Below are positions 9,659 to 16,918 of a stretch of 32,000 nucleotides of DNA, one piece after another (positions within the stretch are counted from its first letter, which is position 1; every line of letters begins with the position of its first letter). The position numbers were made by a program, and so were the translations under genes. This DNA is from Fibrobacter succinogenes subsp. succinogenes S85 (GTDB lineage Bacteria > Fibrobacterota > Fibrobacteria > Fibrobacterales > Fibrobacteraceae). Under the pieces are notes generated by a model. That model was not told the DNA's origin, searched no databases, and saw only the letters and a list, made by a program, of their open reading frames with translations. Where the stretch lies: assembly GCF_000146505.1 (NCBI RefSeq), contig NC_017448.1, forward strand, positions 1,290,001 to 1,322,000. The letters run 5' to 3'.

Positions 9659-9659
9659 A

Positions 9660-11285
9660 ATGCGATTCTTAGCTTTACTCATCATCGCCATCGTTTGCTT
9701 TTCCCATGCCTATGAACACGAATGCGGTACGCTGAACATTATCAAGAACCGCACGCAGTACAAACAAGAACATTACGCTTCATTGCTTTATAAAAGTCCC
9801 GGTTGCAGCTACGAGCAATACTACGATTCCGTTTATTCCATTGAAACACCGCACATCCAGGTTTTCTACGTCTTAAACGGTCCACACGCAACCACCAAAG
9901 TGTTTGCCGACAGCACCGCCGCCAGCATGGAAGACGCCTGGAATTTTTATGTCAACAAGCTCAAGATGCTTGCGCCCAAAGGCCTTAGCGTCACCCATCA
10001 CTTTCAGCAACCTGTCAAAAACGGCTTGTACCCCATTGAAATTCTCGACATTGCACAACTTCGAGATCCCTATTCGCTATACGCATGTTCATCCTGCTAT
10101 GGCCTCACTATCCAGCCTGACGACTACTCCACCGCTCTATTTCTGGAAAACGATTTTCTTGTAGGGGCAGCCCAAAGCAACGTATTCGATACGCTTTACA
10201 CAGAAAACGATACATGCGTTTACCCCGTATCTAAAAATCCGTTGCGCAACTCCGCCCACAACTATTCCTACGCCGATGAATGGGCCAAGGGCATCCGCCT
10301 GACAGTCTTCCACGAATTTTACCACGCCGTACAGCTCCGCTATATCAACATCATAACAGACAACTTTCTTTTCTGGTTTGAAGCTTCGGCCACCGGTTTT
10401 GAAGAAATCATCAATTCAGATATTGACGACTACATTTCTTATATTCCGCACCTTTTTAACGATATGGGACAATCCTTTACAAGGATTACAAGGACAAACA
10501 GCCACAAAATATACGGCGTATCGACACTGTTCCTTTATCTATACCACAAAATTTCTAACGGGATTGACAAGTCTATTTGGGAAAGTATTTCAAAAAATCC
10601 AAACAAGTCATTTGAATACCAACTTGACGCTGTGTTAAAACCAATGCAACTCAATGCCGACAGCGTTTTCCACGACTACACCGTAAGCCTTTCGCTTTCC
10701 GGTGAAAAAAGCAGTTCTATTTCACAAAAATACTGGATTATCGAAGACCAGCCAAAATGGCCTTCCGCAATTTTTTACAATGAAGATTCCATAAAGCCCG
10801 AACTTGAAAGCCTATCATTTAAATATTATCGAGCCCCGAACAATTATACCGAACCCGATTTTTCAGACTTTGTCGGTAAAGCATCGGTCATCACGTTCAA
10901 CAAAGGCAAGGCGAGCGTCCACAAAATTCAAAACACAAAGACACTCGACAGCTTAACATCAATCCTTTCGGCCAGCGATTCCATCCTATGGATTTTTAGC
11001 AGGTTCGGCGATTCCGAAAGCATCCCAATCGTAAACAAGGACGCCGCACCGCATGCCTACCCCGTTCCATGGCGAGAAGGTTCGCTCTGCTTTGCACCTC
11101 TCCCCAGCGACAAAAAGTTCTTTGAAATCCGCAATAGACGTGGCGATTTAGTTTCGCAAATAAAATACGAAGGAACGTCGCACTGTCTGCAAGAACACCA
11201 AGTCAAAGAGATGATGGCTCCGGGCATTTACCGATTCCGCGTCGGGAATAAAGGTAAGACAAAGAGCTTTATGGTGATTTACTAG
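9660..11285 (+). CDS. Secreted putative zinc metalloprotease (HExxH) with a sorting-like C-terminal domain
   Basis: The track ORF begins at 9558 inside the UbiD gene. I use the in-frame ATG at 9660, 1 nt after the UbiD stop, which gives a signal peptide MRFLALLIIAIVCFSHA. It has the motif VFHEFYHAVQLRY (HExxH). Its C-terminus, FFEIRNRRGDLVSQIKYEG...MAPGIYRFRVGNKGKTKSFMVIY, resembles the tail of the other secreted enzymes here. Confidence 0.75.
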   Translation: MRFLALLIIAIVCFSHAYEHECGTLNIIKNRTQYKQEHYASLLYKSPGCSYEQYYDSVYSIETPHIQVFYVLNGPHATTKVFADSTAASMEDAWNFYVNKLKMLAPKGLSVTHHFQQPVKNGLYPIEILDIAQLRDPYSLYACSSCYGLTIQPDDYSTALFLENDFLVGAAQSNVFDTLYTENDTCVYPVSKNPLRNSAHNYSYADEWAKGIRLTVFHEFYHAVQLRYINIITDNFLFWFEASATGFEEIINSDIDDYISYIPHLFNDMGQSFTRITRTNSHKIYGVSTLFLYLYHKISNGIDKSIWESISKNPNKSFEYQLDAVLKPMQLNADSVFHDYTVSLSLSGEKSSSISQKYWIIEDQPKWPSAIFYNEDSIKPELESLSFKYYRAPNNYTEPDFSDFVGKASVITFNKGKASVHKIQNTKTLDSLTSILSASDSILWIFSRFGDSESIPIVNKDAAPHAYPVPWREGSLCFAPLPSDKKFFEIRNRRGDLVSQIKYEGTSHCLQEHQVKEMMAPGIYRFRVGNKGKTKSFMVIY

Positions 11286-11310
11286 TGGCTAGTGATTAGT
11301 GGTTAGTAGA
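11283..11310. repeat. Heptanucleotide tandem array TAGTGNN x4 at a convergent gene junction
   Basis: The sequence reads tagtggc tagtgat tagtggt tagtaga. The first TAG (11283-11285) is the stop of the plus-strand gene. The complement of 11296-11298 is the TAA stop of the GH57 gene. The 7-nt spacing puts stops in all three frames on both strands. Confidence 0.8.
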
Positions 11311-12933
11311 CAGGACGCACTCACCAATCCACGGGAACAAGTTATTCTTTTGTTCTAGCTTTTTGAGCAATTTCGTGTCGGGATTAGCCTTCACCGCTTC
11401 TTTATAAAGTGCACAGACATTTTCATAATGACCATTCAATCGGGCTCGTGCGTAATCCGCCGCTGAATTGTTATGAATCATGAACGCCCAGTCCGAAGCC
11501 TGGAACAACACGAGTTCGCGCGCCATCTGTGCCAAGAAACGCTTCACCATCGTAGCCTTTGAGCTGCGCGTATTCCCAACAGCACTTCCAGAAGTCTTCC
11601 CTGCTACTTTAGAAATGCGCGACTTCAAATCGTCCATCATCTTACGCATTCTAAAGAACATCGGGTACTGGAAAGCGACTTCATCGTTCATCCAGACTTC
11701 ACCAAAGCCACCCTCACCCCATGATGAGAAAATCGGTTTGTGAACGTCTTTATCCGCAGGCTCGCGAATCGAATCTTCAAGAGAAGCCATTTCGACCACG
11801 CTCGAGCTTGCCGCGCGTTCAAACATCTTCTCGATGAACAGCGGACCTTCGAACCACCAGTGGCCAAAAAGTTCCGCATCGTACGGACAAAGGATCGAAA
11901 CCTTATTGCCATCCATGTTCGGAAGCAAGCTCGACACAGTCGCTTCGCGATTGGCGACAAAAAGTCGCGCGTGGTCTTCCACCAAGCGGAGCGCATTCCA
12001 CGGGCGATAAATCTTCTTGTCCTCACTACCCGTGATGCGGTAATACTTGAGGCCCGTTTCGATGTGTGCGCCCGCCGCCAAGAAGTAATCGCCTAGATAC
12101 TCGCTTTCGCGTTCGTGCGCAATGTCCTTGAAGAACTCGCGGTATTCCGGATGCCCCGGGTAGCCCGTTTTGCGGCTCCAGACTTCCATGGAACTGCTCT
12201 GTTCGCGGCCCATGCAATAAAGCCCTGCCGGAGTCTTGACCGGCGAGAATACGCCATACTTCGGTGCAGGTTTTGCCAAGAGCACACCGTGCGTTTCCAA
12301 AAAGAAATACTTGAATCCGTATTCTGCAAGAATCGCATCCAAGCCTTCAAAATAGCCACATTCCGGAAGCCACAGCCCGCGAGGCTTTTTGCCAAAAGCA
12401 TCTTCAAACGCGCGGACTGTAATCTTCAACTGCAAGCGGATTGCTTCAATATCGTTCTGGTACGCCGGCAAAAACGGATGCGTCCCCACGCATGTGAGCA
12501 AGTTGATTTTTCCAATCTGCTCCAAGCGCTTTAACGCAGGGATAATTTCGCAACCGCAATCGCGCTCCCACGTATTGATGAGCGCAAGCTGTCTGCGGTA
12601 ATAAAAATCCACCACTTCCATAAGCTCGGAATTGCCCTGGAAGCGGACTTTTTCGCGTTCAATCAGCTCAAGCTGTTTGTGCAAATGCGCCGAAAAACGG
12701 GTAAGCAAAAGCTTATCCGTTAGCATTGCCAAAAGTGCCGATGAAACGCTAAAATTGAGAGTACCCGGCACGCCCTTTTCTTCCAGACGGTTGAGCATCT
12801 GGATGATGGGCAAATACGTCTCCGCCATAGCCTCAAAAAACCAGTTCTCTTCCAAGAACCGGTCAAAAGAGGGTTCACGCACAAAAGGTAAATGTGCGTG
12901 AAGCAAAAGATGTACACGACCAGGCTTCGCCAT
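11296..12933 (-). CDS. GH57-family 1,4-alpha-glucan branching enzyme
   Basis: 545-aa ORF. RVHLLLHAHLPFVR at the N-terminus, RGLWLPECGY (nucleophile-Glu context) and CPYDAELFGHWWFEGPLF (acid/base-Asp context) are hallmark GH57 branching-enzyme motifs. Confidence 0.85.
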   Translation of the reverse strand: MAKPGRVHLLLHAHLPFVREPSFDRFLEENWFFEAMAETYLPIIQMLNRLEEKGVPGTLNFSVSSALLAMLTDKLLLTRFSAHLHKQLELIEREKVRFQGNSELMEVVDFYYRRQLALINTWERDCGCEIIPALKRLEQIGKINLLTCVGTHPFLPAYQNDIEAIRLQLKITVRAFEDAFGKKPRGLWLPECGYFEGLDAILAEYGFKYFFLETHGVLLAKPAPKYGVFSPVKTPAGLYCMGREQSSSMEVWSRKTGYPGHPEYREFFKDIAHERESEYLGDYFLAAGAHIETGLKYYRITGSEDKKIYRPWNALRLVEDHARLFVANREATVSSLLPNMDGNKVSILCPYDAELFGHWWFEGPLFIEKMFERAASSSVVEMASLEDSIREPADKDVHKPIFSSWGEGGFGEVWMNDEVAFQYPMFFRMRKMMDDLKSRISKVAGKTSGSAVGNTRSSKATMVKRFLAQMARELVLFQASDWAFMIHNNSAADYARARLNGHYENVCALYKEAVKANPDTKLLKKLEQKNNLFPWIGECVLSTNH

Positions 12934-14126
12934 TATTCCGTGCGCTTCACCACGATCGGAACGATTGTCGTCGGGAAATCGCCATCCTTATCGGTAGCAA
13001 AGACAGGGATAATCTTCGTCACGTCCGGGAGGTCTTCTTCAAAGCTGAAGGTGCCATCCGGGTTGAGCGGGAACGGTTCGCCACGCACCTGCAAGTGTGC
13101 ATCCGGACGCGTGCCACCGTAGACGATCAAGCGGGTCTTGACCCACAAGAAGAAGTCCTTGCCGTAGTTCACGGAATCCTTCGGGAGTTCAAGCTTGTTG
13201 CTCTTGAGAGCGGCACTGGAAAGTGCGCCAGAGAACATGGAACCCGAAGAGCTCGAAAGCGATTCAAGCCAGTTCTTTGCAGACATCGAAGAGAGTCCCG
13301 AGCTGCCAAAGCCACCGAGAGTAGCACCGCCGAGGGATGCGCGAACAAATACGTTGTCCGTATTCACTTCGGAACCTTCGAGCGTGAACGTCTGCATCGG
13401 GCCTGCTTCAACAAGCGGTTCAAACTTGCCTGCGGCAACAACGCCAAGAGCAGCAGCGCAGTTCTGCGTGGCCTTGTTTTCCACGTACCAGCTACGGGCG
13501 TCTGCCGGAACTTCGATATCGTGGAACTTGAGCTTCTTGTTGCGCTTCACGGTCAAGTCGTTCGAAATGTCAAACAAGCGAAGCACGAGCTTGCCCTTGC
13601 CCTTCTTGGCAGCCTTGATGCGTTCTTCAGAAACTTCCCAGAAGGCTTGCATCCAGTTCGGATCCTTTTGCATGAGCACGAGGTATTCGGCATCGAAGGA
13701 TTGCGGCAAAGCTTCCGGAGCGGAGGCCTTAGCGGCCTTTGCCTTCGGAGTTTCAACAACTTCAACTTCGACCTTCTTGGCCTTCGTTGCAGCCTTCACG
13801 ACCTTCTTGGCGGCAGCAACAGACTTTTCCGTCTTTGTAGAGACCTTGGCGGTCTTCGTTGCAGTCTTAGCAGCCGGCTTTTCGACCTTGGCCTTAGCAG
13901 TCTTCTTTGCAGGAGCCGTCTTGGCAGCAACCTTTTCCACCATTGCGCTCGGCTTCTTGGCGACGACCTTCTTTTCTGCGACAGCCTTCTTAGCGGCCGG
14001 CTGTTCGTCAGTCGCCTTCTTCACTGCAGTCTTCTTGGCTACAGTCTTCTTTTCAGAAACCTTTGTAGAAGCCGTCTTCTTAGCAGCGGTCTTCTTTACT
14101 TCCTCTTCATTCTTCTTAGTAGCCAT
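12933..14126 (-). CDS. DUF4912-like protein with a ~135-aa Lys/Ala-rich, histone-H1-like N-terminal region
   Basis: 397-aa ORF with an ATG start preceded by GAAGGAGATCGAA (strong SD). Its TAA stop overlaps the GH57 ATG in TAATG. The N-terminus is AKKxA-type low complexity. The C-terminal part (YLVLMQKDPNWMQAFWEVS...KLVLRLFDIS...WYVEN...LIVYGGTRPDAHLQVRGEP...DGTFSF) resembles DUF4912, a family I recall as commonly adjacent to GH57 genes. The family assignment is from memory. Confidence 0.7.
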   Translation of the reverse strand: MATKKNEEEVKKTAAKKTASTKVSEKKTVAKKTAVKKATDEQPAAKKAVAEKKVVAKKPSAMVEKVAAKTAPAKKTAKAKVEKPAAKTATKTAKVSTKTEKSVAAAKKVVKAATKAKKVEVEVVETPKAKAAKASAPEALPQSFDAEYLVLMQKDPNWMQAFWEVSEERIKAAKKGKGKLVLRLFDISNDLTVKRNKKLKFHDIEVPADARSWYVENKATQNCAAALGVVAAGKFEPLVEAGPMQTFTLEGSEVNTDNVFVRASLGGATLGGFGSSGLSSMSAKNWLESLSSSSGSMFSGALSSAALKSNKLELPKDSVNYGKDFFLWVKTRLIVYGGTRPDAHLQVRGEPFPLNPDGTFSFEEDLPDVTKIIPVFATDKDGDFPTTIVPIVVKRTE

Positions 14127-14149
14127 TTCGATCTCCTTCTGATTGAATC

Positions 14150-15394
14150 TTACTGACCACGGGTCTTACCCCAACTTCCAACACCAAGCAAACCAAGTCG
14201 AATACCAATAAAGGATTCACTCCAGTTGCGGTCATCGTCCGTCAGGCGAACACCTCCCTGAATAGCCAAATCCAACATCATGCCCTTTCTCCCGAGCGGG
14301 AAACCTGCACCAATGGATCCACCTATTTCAGAAACGTCTTCAACATACCAGTTCTTGTACCAGGCGCCGGCTCTATACGTTATACGATCCCAATAGGCAT
14401 CATAAAAGATATCGCTTCCGTCACGTTGGTAACCAATAGAAATATTAAAATCATTTTGGGTTTTGGTCACCTTGGACATGTCCCAACTACCCGCGACATT
14501 GTCTATATCCTTGTCCCATGCACGCCATGCAACATCAGCCATCACATTATGTCGTTTGTTAATGCGATAATTGACACCCGTTGCAAGCATGGCTGGCACC
14601 TTGATTTCACGAGTGCACTTAGTCGGTGCAAGCGTATCGGTTTCGCTAAACCTGAAGTTGTACTCCAGATCGTTCTTGAGCGTGTAAGGAGTCGTGAACG
14701 AGAAGAAATACGAAGCCATGCGACCGCGGTACTGAGCCGCAAAGGTGTAGTAAGCCGGGTGGTGCTTGATTTCCCAGTCGCCACTCACGTAATCGGAAAT
14801 ATCGGAACTGGTTGTAGCCCAGGCATCTTTCGAACTAATAGCGCTGTTATCCGGACCAAGCGTCAAGTTGCGGGTAAAGCTCCCCAACACAAAGTGGGCC
14901 GAAGCACCGAGAGAAACTGCACGGTAGAACGGAAGCCTAATCGCATAAGTCGGCACCAGTTCATAGACACTGCTCTGGTACTCGATTTCAGCATTCCACA
15001 GTTCTTCCTCGTTATCAACATCTTCACGAACAGAAGCGGCATAATGCTGCCACAGCGACAAACCAATTGTACCAAAGTCACCCATCGGGAACGACAGGTT
15101 CATGGACGGCATCGAAACACCAGTCTTTGTATAATGGGAATTCGAACGATCCGCCGTAGAGACATCGAGCAAGAAGTTCAAGTTCAACACGACCTTGGAA
15201 TCAAAAGCCTGGCGTGCCGGGTTCACAACAGAAACACCTTCCGTCTCACCGGTCTTTGCATTACCCGCAAAACCGCGACCAGCCATAGCGGCAGAACCGC
15301 CTGCAATCTGTTCCTGGCCCAAAGCTTCAAGGCCAATCATCGACGCAAAGGAAAAACTCGAAACACAAAGTAAAGCACTAATAAACTTTTTCAT
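14150..15394 (-). CDS. Outer-membrane beta-barrel protein (FadL/PorV-like N-terminal motif)
   Basis: I start at the internal ATG (complement of 15392-15394), which gives the signal peptide MKKFISALLCVSSFSFAS. The mature N-terminus GGSAAMAGRGFAGNA...VVNPARQA resembles the GxRAxGMGGA...NPA motif of FadL/PorV-type barrels. Alternating aromatic/polar strands run throughout. The start overlaps the upstream lipoprotein stop in TAATG. Confidence 0.65.
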   Translation of the reverse strand: MKKFISALLCVSSFSFASMIGLEALGQEQIAGGSAAMAGRGFAGNAKTGETEGVSVVNPARQAFDSKVVLNLNFLLDVSTADRSNSHYTKTGVSMPSMNLSFPMGDFGTIGLSLWQHYAASVREDVDNEEELWNAEIEYQSSVYELVPTYAIRLPFYRAVSLGASAHFVLGSFTRNLTLGPDNSAISSKDAWATTSSDISDYVSGDWEIKHHPAYYTFAAQYRGRMASYFFSFTTPYTLKNDLEYNFRFSETDTLAPTKCTREIKVPAMLATGVNYRINKRHNVMADVAWRAWDKDIDNVAGSWDMSKVTKTQNDFNISIGYQRDGSDIFYDAYWDRITYRAGAWYKNWYVEDVSEIGGSIGAGFPLGRKGMMLDLAIQGGVRLTDDDRNWSESFIGIRLGLLGVGSWGKTRGQ

Positions 15395-16821
15395 TATTTT
15401 TCCCCGCGCTTGGATGCAAGCCACAACTTAAGCGTAGCAGGCTTGTCCTTGATAGAAGTAAAATCGTAGCGAGCCATATCGTAACGGGCGTAATCGTAGT
15501 CCGTCGGGTAGAACACGTTAATCGAATCATAGCGATCGACGAATATGGAATCCTTGGGCAAAAGAACCGACTGGTCCATACGCAAGGCCATCTTGAACGA
15601 ACGTCCATCGCTAGCCCTATTGATAAAGTCACGCATACCCTTCGTCACCTGCAACGAAAGAGAATCTCCAGAATAGAAAATCATGTTCGGGTGGCCGCTT
15701 TCCTGAACTCTCGGCCTATTGACCTTGTACTTTTCCATGCGATGCACGACAGTATCCGCACTATCCGCATAGGAACTTGCAAGAACGACAATCGGCAAGT
15801 CCAGTTCATTTTCGCCCTTCGAATCGTCCCTGAAGAACGTCATCTCGGCCATCACGACAGCCTGGCGCACATCGTTCTTATCGCCAACCATATACGGGAA
15901 CTCGTCGCCATAGAACTCAGACAAGGCCTTCAAAATCGGCTTTGACGGGAACTCGACTACAAGGGAATCGTAATAGCCACCGTGCAACACGAGGCAATCC
16001 TTGCAATTTTCGCGATACGATGCAAGCAAAGCAGAACGGACCGGTCTATGGGACGGATTTTCCATTGAATCCTTCTTCACGGCGACCAAGTGGAACTGCG
16101 GGTAGTAATTAATGTGGTCCGAACCATAGAAGCGGTAAGCATTTTCGGCTTCTGGTGCGGAAAGGCGCATTTGCAGACGGCGGTAACCAGACTTGTTGCG
16201 GAATTCCTTCACAAAGGCGCCCGGCATATCAATCGTCAACAGCGGATTTTCCAGCGAATCACCCTTGCTAGCCGCCTTGAGAGAGAACGTAAGGGTTGTA
16301 TCGGCAGACTTTTGCGGATTCCAGGATTCAAGTTCATGGAACCAGACGGAATCCTTGATGTTCTCCAGGTCTTCGTATTCCTTCTTGCTCAGCTTATCCG
16401 AAAGAATCCAGCTGACATCAATCTTGATGTCTTCTTCAATCGGGAGCAGGTTGGACAAGAAGTGATCCGTGTTATAGAAGGCATCCAAAAGACGCATGTA
16501 CAAAACCGACTTAATGGTATCGGCATTATTCAACGTCGCCATAAACGTGCTATCGATTCGGAAATCGAAATAGACATCGTGAGTCATGCCCGGAGTTGCG
16601 CCAAAGACGCCGCGATACCTTGCGTTTTCGGGAAGCGTGTCACGGAAAACTTCGGCAGATATCGGCTTCAAGTCATTGATCGTCACCGTCTGGACTTTAT
16701 AGCTACTCGGCATTCCTTGGTCAGAAAGCCAATTTGAAAGACCTTCGTCATCTGAATCGAACAGGCAAGATGACAGGAATAGCGACAAAAGCGGCAATAG
16801 AATAAATTTTTTCTTTTTCAC
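15394..16821 (-). CDS. Lipoprotein of unknown function
   Basis: 475-aa ORF with a GTG start (complement of 16819-16821) and GGAG 8 nt upstream. It has a lipobox signal, MKKKKFILLPLLSLFLSS|C. I recognised no catalytic motif. The C-terminus contains a YDxAR pentapeptide stutter (DYDYARYDMARYDF). Confidence 0.7.
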   Translation of the reverse strand: MKKKKFILLPLLSLFLSSCLFDSDDEGLSNWLSDQGMPSSYKVQTVTINDLKPISAEVFRDTLPENARYRGVFGATPGMTHDVYFDFRIDSTFMATLNNADTIKSVLYMRLLDAFYNTDHFLSNLLPIEEDIKIDVSWILSDKLSKKEYEDLENIKDSVWFHELESWNPQKSADTTLTFSLKAASKGDSLENPLLTIDMPGAFVKEFRNKSGYRRLQMRLSAPEAENAYRFYGSDHINYYPQFHLVAVKKDSMENPSHRPVRSALLASYRENCKDCLVLHGGYYDSLVVEFPSKPILKALSEFYGDEFPYMVGDKNDVRQAVVMAEMTFFRDDSKGENELDLPIVVLASSYADSADTVVHRMEKYKVNRPRVQESGHPNMIFYSGDSLSLQVTKGMRDFINRASDGRSFKMALRMDQSVLLPKDSIFVDRYDSINVFYPTDYDYARYDMARYDFTSIKDKPATLKLWLASKRGEK

Positions 16822-16862
16822 TCAGAACTCCGAGTATTTACTTGTAAATAAATTTCGCCCAT

Positions 16863-16872
16863 AATATAGCAA
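16863..16872 (-). promoter_or_regulatory. Candidate extended -10 promoter (TTGCTATATT) for the lipoprotein/OMP/DUF4912/GH57 operon
   Basis: The reverse complement of 16863-16872 is TTGCTATATT (TGn + TATATT), 41 nt upstream of the GTG. The identical 10-mer occurs in the opposite orientation at 17061-17070 in front of thrC. Confidence 0.4.
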
Positions 16873-16918
16873 AAACGCAATTGAGAAATTAGGCGAAAGA
16901 ACGGACCTTCAGTCCTAC

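Noticed and set aside
9558-9659. A 34-codon N-terminal extension of the HExxH protein ORF in the track.
   Set aside because: It lies entirely inside the UbiD-family gene in another frame. The in-frame ATG at 9660 gives a canonical signal peptide straight after the UbiD stop.
13195-14142. A 315-aa plus-strand ORF rich in Ala/Phe/Ser/Thr, opposite the Lys/Ala-rich gene.
   Set aside because: It is a mirror of low-complexity AAG/GCN-rich coding sequence. The minus-strand reading has a strong SD, an ATG start, a TAATG junction to the GH57 gene and a recognisable C-terminal domain.
15395-15424. A 10-codon extension (MACIQARGKI) of the outer-membrane protein ORF.
   Set aside because: It overlaps the lipoprotein gene end. 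The internal ATG gives a proper signal peptide and the same TAATG coupling seen at the DUF4912/GH57 junction.
15460-15504. A 15-nt imperfect tandem repeat x3 (atcgtagcgagccat / atcgtaacgggcgta / atcgtagtccgtcgg).
   Set aside because: It lies in-frame inside the lipoprotein gene and simply encodes the YDxAR pentapeptide stutter. There is no evidence of an independent DNA-level function.
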